Shown here piece by piece: positions 58,008 to 64,000 of a stretch of DNA of 64,000 nt (the first letter of the stretch is position 1; every line of letters begins with the position of its first letter). The stretch is taken from assembly GCA_951406725.2 (NCBI GenBank), contig OX597841.1, forward strand, positions 124,001 through 188,000. The letters run 5' to 3'. The position numbers were made by a program, and so were the translations under genes. The notes below the pieces were generated by a model that was not told where the DNA came from, made no database searches, and saw only the letters and a program-made list of their open reading frames with translations. Source of the DNA: Octopus vulgaris (lineage: Eukaryota).

Positions 58008-58882
58008 TCCTGTATGTAGGAGTATATATGTGTGTGTGTGTATGTATATGTGGGTATATATATATATATGTATATTTATTGGTGTATATGTATAGACTAG
58101 CCTCCTAAAGTGTAGACACGAATCTGTAGGTACGAGTACGTATGTGTATATACGTGAACGTATGTAGATGTTTGTATGTATGAATATAACGCGTGCGTAC
58201 GTGTATGTGTATGAGTGTACGAATGGGTGAATGTACGTGCTAATGAGTGTGCGTGCGGGAATGAGTACTTGCCTTCTAGTAGACAGACAAATGGACATGC
58301 AGCCATTGCCAGGATTCTTAGCTCTAGCGATCAAAGATAACAAAAGTAATAAATGAAGATAATAAAATTAAAATTAGGGAATGGGCCTGTATTGGATTGT
58401 ATATATATATATGTATACGTATATTTGTATGTATGTATGTGTGTATGTGTAGGTATGTATAGGTACACATGTGTATGTGTATGTGTATGTATATATGTGT
58501 GTATGTATGTATGTGCACACATGTATATATATGTATGCGTGTATATGTTTATATATATATATGTGTACATAGGTGTATGTGGGTGTATGTATATATAGGT
58601 GTAAATATGTGTATATAGGGAACTAGGTGTGTTGTGTGTGCATGAGTGTATGTGCGTATGAATATATATTTTTATGTGTATATATGTGTGTGTGGTCGTG
58701 GGTATATATATATATATATATATACATGTGTGTATGCGTGCATGCATGGGAGTGAGTGTATGCATATATACGTGTGTGTATGTGTAGACAGGTATAGGCA
58801 TGTGCATGTGTATAAATTTGTATATGTGGGCGGGTGTATGTATGTGTGTATGTAGATATGTATGTATGTGTGTATATATGTA

Positions 58883-58919
<37 letters not shown>

Positions 58920-59276
58920 ATATATATGTGTGTGTATATATATGTGTATGTATGTATGTGTGTGTAGATACGTATACATGTGTGTATAGGTATAAGTGAG
59001 AATCTCCTTATTTACCTATAACTCTATCCCCCCATTTTTTTATATATATATTTTTATATATATATTTTTTTATATATATTTTTTATTTTTTTATTTTTTT
59101 ATTTTTTTATTTTTTTATTTTTTTATTTATCTATTCTTTCATCTAACTTACCACTGACTCCTTGACCACTCCCCCAAGTATGATATTTTGCGCTATGCCT
59201 ACCCCCAAAAAGTCCCCCACCACCACTCCTTTAAACCTGCCTAAATGTATAAATGCTAATACAATTCTTGTTAAAT

Positions 59277-59327
59277 AGCTTCCTGAAGATTTCTCTTGAA
59301 TGAAACAGTACTAGTCCTGTAGAAGCT
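59277..59327 (+). ncRNA. Type-I hammerhead motif
   Basis: AGCTTC-CTGAAGA-tTTCtcttGAAt-GAA-ACAG-tactagtc-CTGT-A-GAAGCT, with a GUA triplet. A G8U-mutated copy is at 53343-53393 (-). Confidence 0.72.
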
Positions 59328-59410
59328 CCTTCTATATAATAAATTAATTTTACTCTGCTATGTATTGAGTACCTTACTTACTGTGGTTAACCCCGAATCA
59401 ACCCGGGACC

Positions 59411-59464
<54 letters not shown>

Positions 59465-59469
59465 CGTGC

Positions 59470-59500
<31 letters not shown>

Positions 59501-59879
59501 CACACATATGTATATATATATATATGTGTGTGTGTATATATATATATACCCGTATCTATAAACATAAATATATATACACAGATGTATATATACATATATA
59601 GACACATATATGTATGTGTATGTATATATATGAGAGCTTATGTGTGCGTGTGTGTGTGTGTGGACACGTTCACACACAAATAATTTAAACTTCTGTAATT
59701 GGTGGGATCAACAAACAGTATCTTCCATCCAGTGAAAGGTTAATATCATTTAACAAACACAATATTCAATTACCAGCTATAATTACTCTCGTTCTATGAA
59801 AATACAATAAACGAGCAAGCTTATATATCAAATTTTCAACGTGGCTGGTCAGTTTTGGAAAACACCACGGTAAAGAGCG

Positions 59880-61634
59880 AGAGGCAAATAAATGCATATA
59901 GTGGAATGAGAGAAAGAAAAAGGTGGAATTGGAAGAAAAGAAAAGTAAAAGAAATAAACGAAAGAAGTTCTTTTGCCGTTCAAAGAAGTATTAATGTGGA
60001 CGGTGTTCGAATGAGAGCACGGTTGGTGTAGAGTGATACAACGGGGAGGAGATCAAAATCTTTGAGACTGAATGCTTAATCCGGAGAGGATGCTGTTCAC
60101 CAGCTCAACGGTGGAAATTTGTCCTTATGTTTATATTTGATAAAAATTTCAGATCAAGAATTTAGTCGACCTGTGGAAGTTTCACATCTATAAAGAATAT
60201 GAGATCTTTCTGCTTCACAAAATGTATACAACTGTTGATTTGTTTTTCATTTCACATTTTGCTCTTACTTTCCTCTCGTCCGTCCAGGAGATTTCTCAAA
60301 GACCTGCGTCCTTTCTCGTGTATCTAAATGAGCAGTAATCTCGTATACTGGAGACAGAGAGACAGCTTGGGAGCACAATGCATGATATGTATGTATGTAT
60401 GTATGTATGTACGTATGTATGTAAGTATGTATGTATGTATGTATGCATGTATGTGTGCTTGTATGTATGTATGTATGCATGTATGTGTGCATGTGTGTTT
60501 GTATATATGTATGTATGCATGTATGTATGTATGTGAGTCTATGTGTGTGTCTATGTGTGTTAGCAGGATTCGGATCCTAGCTATGTCTTTGGAAAGTCTT
60601 AGAAGTGTTTCTCAGAAAATTTCTACAACGTCATCCTGGCCTCTTAATTCCCCTGATTGTAACTGAGATTTTCCTAGGTTCACAGTGATGAACGCACGAA
60701 CCAGGCTCCGCGGACGTCTTGAGACCGTAGTTGCAGCCGACGCTGAGCAATTTAAGGAAACTGTCATCTCACAGTTATAATTTAGTTGATAGATTTTGAT
60801 TTTCAAAAGATAATTATATTTTGAGATGGAATTTTGTGTTTAGTTTTTTTGGGGGGCAATTGTCAAGTTCAGGCCGGACATCTTGGGTGTGTGTGTGTGT
60901 GTATACACACCGCCAACTTTGCCCAAACGACCTGAACATAAGCTTCAAGGTTCATCCAAGACTGGGACCACAGGCCATACGTCCCCTGCCCAATTCAAGA
61001 TCACAGCATACATATACACTACAAAATAATTTCTTTTCCTCAACAGGCCCTGCCCTATTTAACATTGTCCCAAAAGAGATGAAAGAGGAACAGGATCCCA
61101 TCAACTTTAAACGGAGTCTGGATAGATTCCTTCAAGGAATACCAGATAAGCTACCCATAATTGGATACAACTCACCCAACAAAAACTCACTACTTGAATG
61201 GACCATAAGCAAAACTTGACTTAAACAGGATGCAAATAATCCTATCAGGTGGTGCTATTAAGTTAGACATGGCCTGGACAAATCATTGGTCGAAACACAT
61301 CTAAGTTTATCTAAGTATGTATATCACCGTCACCGTGACCGACCAAGCTATCAGAAGTTGCAACACATCGCTGGTCACAATGCGCTTCGCATTGTTTTAG
61401 CCTTTGAATGACGCCACCCCGCTGGCTAAGCGAGCAGGCCAACAGAAGAAAGAGTGAGAGAAAGTTATGGCGGAAGAGTAAAGCAGTGATCACCACCATC
61501 TTCTGCCGGACCTCGTGGAGCTTTAGTTGTTTTTCGCTCAATAAACACTCTCAACGCCCGGTCTGGGAATCGAAACCGCGATCCTACGACCGCGAGTTCG
61601 CTGCCCTAAGAACTGGGCTATTGCGCCTCCACAA

Positions 61635-61669
<35 letters not shown>

Positions 61670-61670
61670 G

Positions 61671-61752
<82 letters not shown>

Positions 61753-61949
61753 AAATATATATAAATATATCCAAATATACATACATATTTGTACACACCT
61801 ACATATATATGTATACATACATGCATATATGGATATAGGATATCCCCTCAAAATAGTTTAAACTCAATGACACACGATAACATAGAAAACGAACATTTTT
61901 CGAGCAACGAAATAACAGAGAAACGAGTATTCGACTCCATCAGTTTTCC

Positions 61950-62024
<75 letters not shown>

Positions 62025-62103
62025 GTATATATATACATATGTATATATATGTATATAAATATCTATATCTATATCTATCTATCCATCTCTTTCTCTCTCT
62101 CTC

Positions 62104-62170
<67 letters not shown>

Positions 62171-64000
62171 ATATGTATATATAAATGTATATATAAATGT
62201 ATATATAAATGTTTTTGTTGTAATATAGATTTGTTTCTATACTGAATTTTGTTGTCTTTACGTTGGCATAGGAAACAGAACTCTTGTGAGTAATGGAAAA
62301 CATTAAATATACCAGAAAATCATTTAGAAAATGACAAGATTAAAATGAAGCCACGAGCGGGTATGGATTTTGTAGACATGTTGCTCAGATTTAAGAAACT
62401 CATCGCTTAAAAGCTAGAATATATGTTGTTCAATTTTTAATAGTGAACTGTATTTAATAGTATGTCGGTACGCGAGTAAAGTATGAAAGCAATAATGAGA
62501 ACTGAAAATGGTGGAGTAAATATTCAGTTAAATAAATTAATTTAGTTCAAGTTGACAATATTACATATAAGAGGTTCATATTTATATATCGACTGACAGA
62601 CACCAGAGTAGGTTGGTTGGTTGAATTAAATCTTATATTGATTATCATCAACATGACTGGCTTTCAGGTTTAGAAATTCATGTTTCGGCGGCAGAAAATT
62701 ATTCAATGTTTAGATCGATAAATTTCGATGAAACTCAACAATCAGGAGAATCAGTGTTGTCATAAGTTCAAACCATGGTTGCATTTATTGAAACAGAAAT
62801 CGATTGAAAAACAACATAAAAATGTAACATTAATTATTTATGTGGCAGTAATTATATATTAAGGCCAGCGTAGTACAAGGGACTACGAAGAAGGAAAAGG
62901 AGGGGGCCCACATATTAAAAAATAATTGTTTCTGAAGCACTTTTTCCAATAGAACTCAGACATGCGATTAGTTTTCATCCTTGGTATACACTCTATCCTT
63001 TCTCTACGTACTGCTACTCGAGCCATTACTGCGGAAGCTGAGGGTTTGGAGGGGCATTCTGCGTGAATTTGGATATGGAAGGTTCGTGTCGGCGTATGCG
63101 GGTGAATTCACCGTGATAGTGTTGGACACCTCGCAAATTGAGATGGTCGGCAGTACCCTAAGGCAATTCGAAGCAGTGACAGGATCAATGATTAAACAGA
63201 AGAAGTCAGTAGGTCTGCAGCTCTGAACCTGGATTGGAAGGCCCTTGCTAACCTACAGTGTTGTGGGCGCTGGAAGGATGGACCTGTTACGTTGCTGAGG
63301 ATCTCTAAGTCCAGATCTCCAAATGGACTAGAACTGGTGCGAGGTGAAAGACAGGGTGGCCAGTGTCACCCAGAAATGGGCCTAGAGAAAGCTGTCCATG
63401 AAAGTTCTGTCGTCCCTTGTCCCGCGTCGTGGCAGAACGGGCTGGTGCGTAGGCTCTTATGCTTCTTGTGGAAGGGTCAGTTACCGCATGTCAGACGGTC
63501 CATTTGCTGTCAACACGTATTGCGTGGAGGATTGGGCCTTTATATATATATATTTATACTTAAACACAAAGTTTAGGTCGGCGATAGCGCAATCGTGTAC
63601 AAGAATACATAAGAACAAATCCTTACTCACGTATTGTGAATCACAATCCATTTGTTGCTTTTTGTTTATATATATATACAGGGTGTCCCGAATTTAAGCA
63701 AACGAGGTTTCGGGCTTTAATATCTATCAATAAATGTGATAAGATATGAAAATTATACATCATTATAAAAACTCTGTGTGTTTTCTTCTTATTTGAGATT
63801 AAATAAATTTCGAGTCATAAATTACATCATGGCTAGAGACCGAAATATAATCGTAACCCTCCACACAGAGGGCTATAGAAAAAAACATAAATTAACCGAA
63901 TAATAGTTTGGAAAATTGTAAAGAAATTTCAAGACAGTGGTTGCATCGACGATCGACTTAGACGTCGCCGAAAATGAAGTTGGCCTACCCTTCAGCTGAT
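59880..64000 (+). repeat. Segmental duplicate mosaic of about 19790-22030, 26930-28310 and 33340-33785
   Basis: Long near-identical blocks whose junctions fall in (TA)n tracts. Confidence 0.9.

Overview
Repeat-rich eukaryotic DNA. The SINE families, the (TA)n/(TATG)n/(CA)n load and the tandem C2H2 gene all point to an Octopus-type cephalopod genome (inference). Most ORFs in the track are microsatellite noise. I reconstructed three host loci by hand. (1) Two tandem paralogs of an unnamed secreted protein (signal peptide, degenerate PAN/Apple-like domain, Trp/Cys-containing C-terminal domain). Copy A has exons 2-5 at 342-5280. Copy B is complete, with 5 exons at 37962-47027 and about 282 aa. 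All splice sites are GT-AG with matching phases, and the paralogs differ most in a segment spanning the end of exon 3 and exon 4. (2) A C2H2 zinc-finger gene (13227-15287) with about 24 fingers, a homogenized 84-bp array, two mutually compensating frameshifts and decayed fingers downstream. The rest is mobile DNA: Penelope-like elements (RT plus GIY-YIG) with inverted ends, an R4/Dong LINE in a (TAA)n tract, CR1, RTE and Tx1 fragments, mariner/Tc1 remnants, a non-autonomous Helitron, tRNA-SINE tandem arrays and minisatellites. A patchwork of duplicated modules is joined at (TA)n tracts. The most unusual signal is at least five sequence-unrelated type-I hammerhead ribozyme motifs, including a three-copy variant whose catalytic core carries the compensatory G3-C8 swap.
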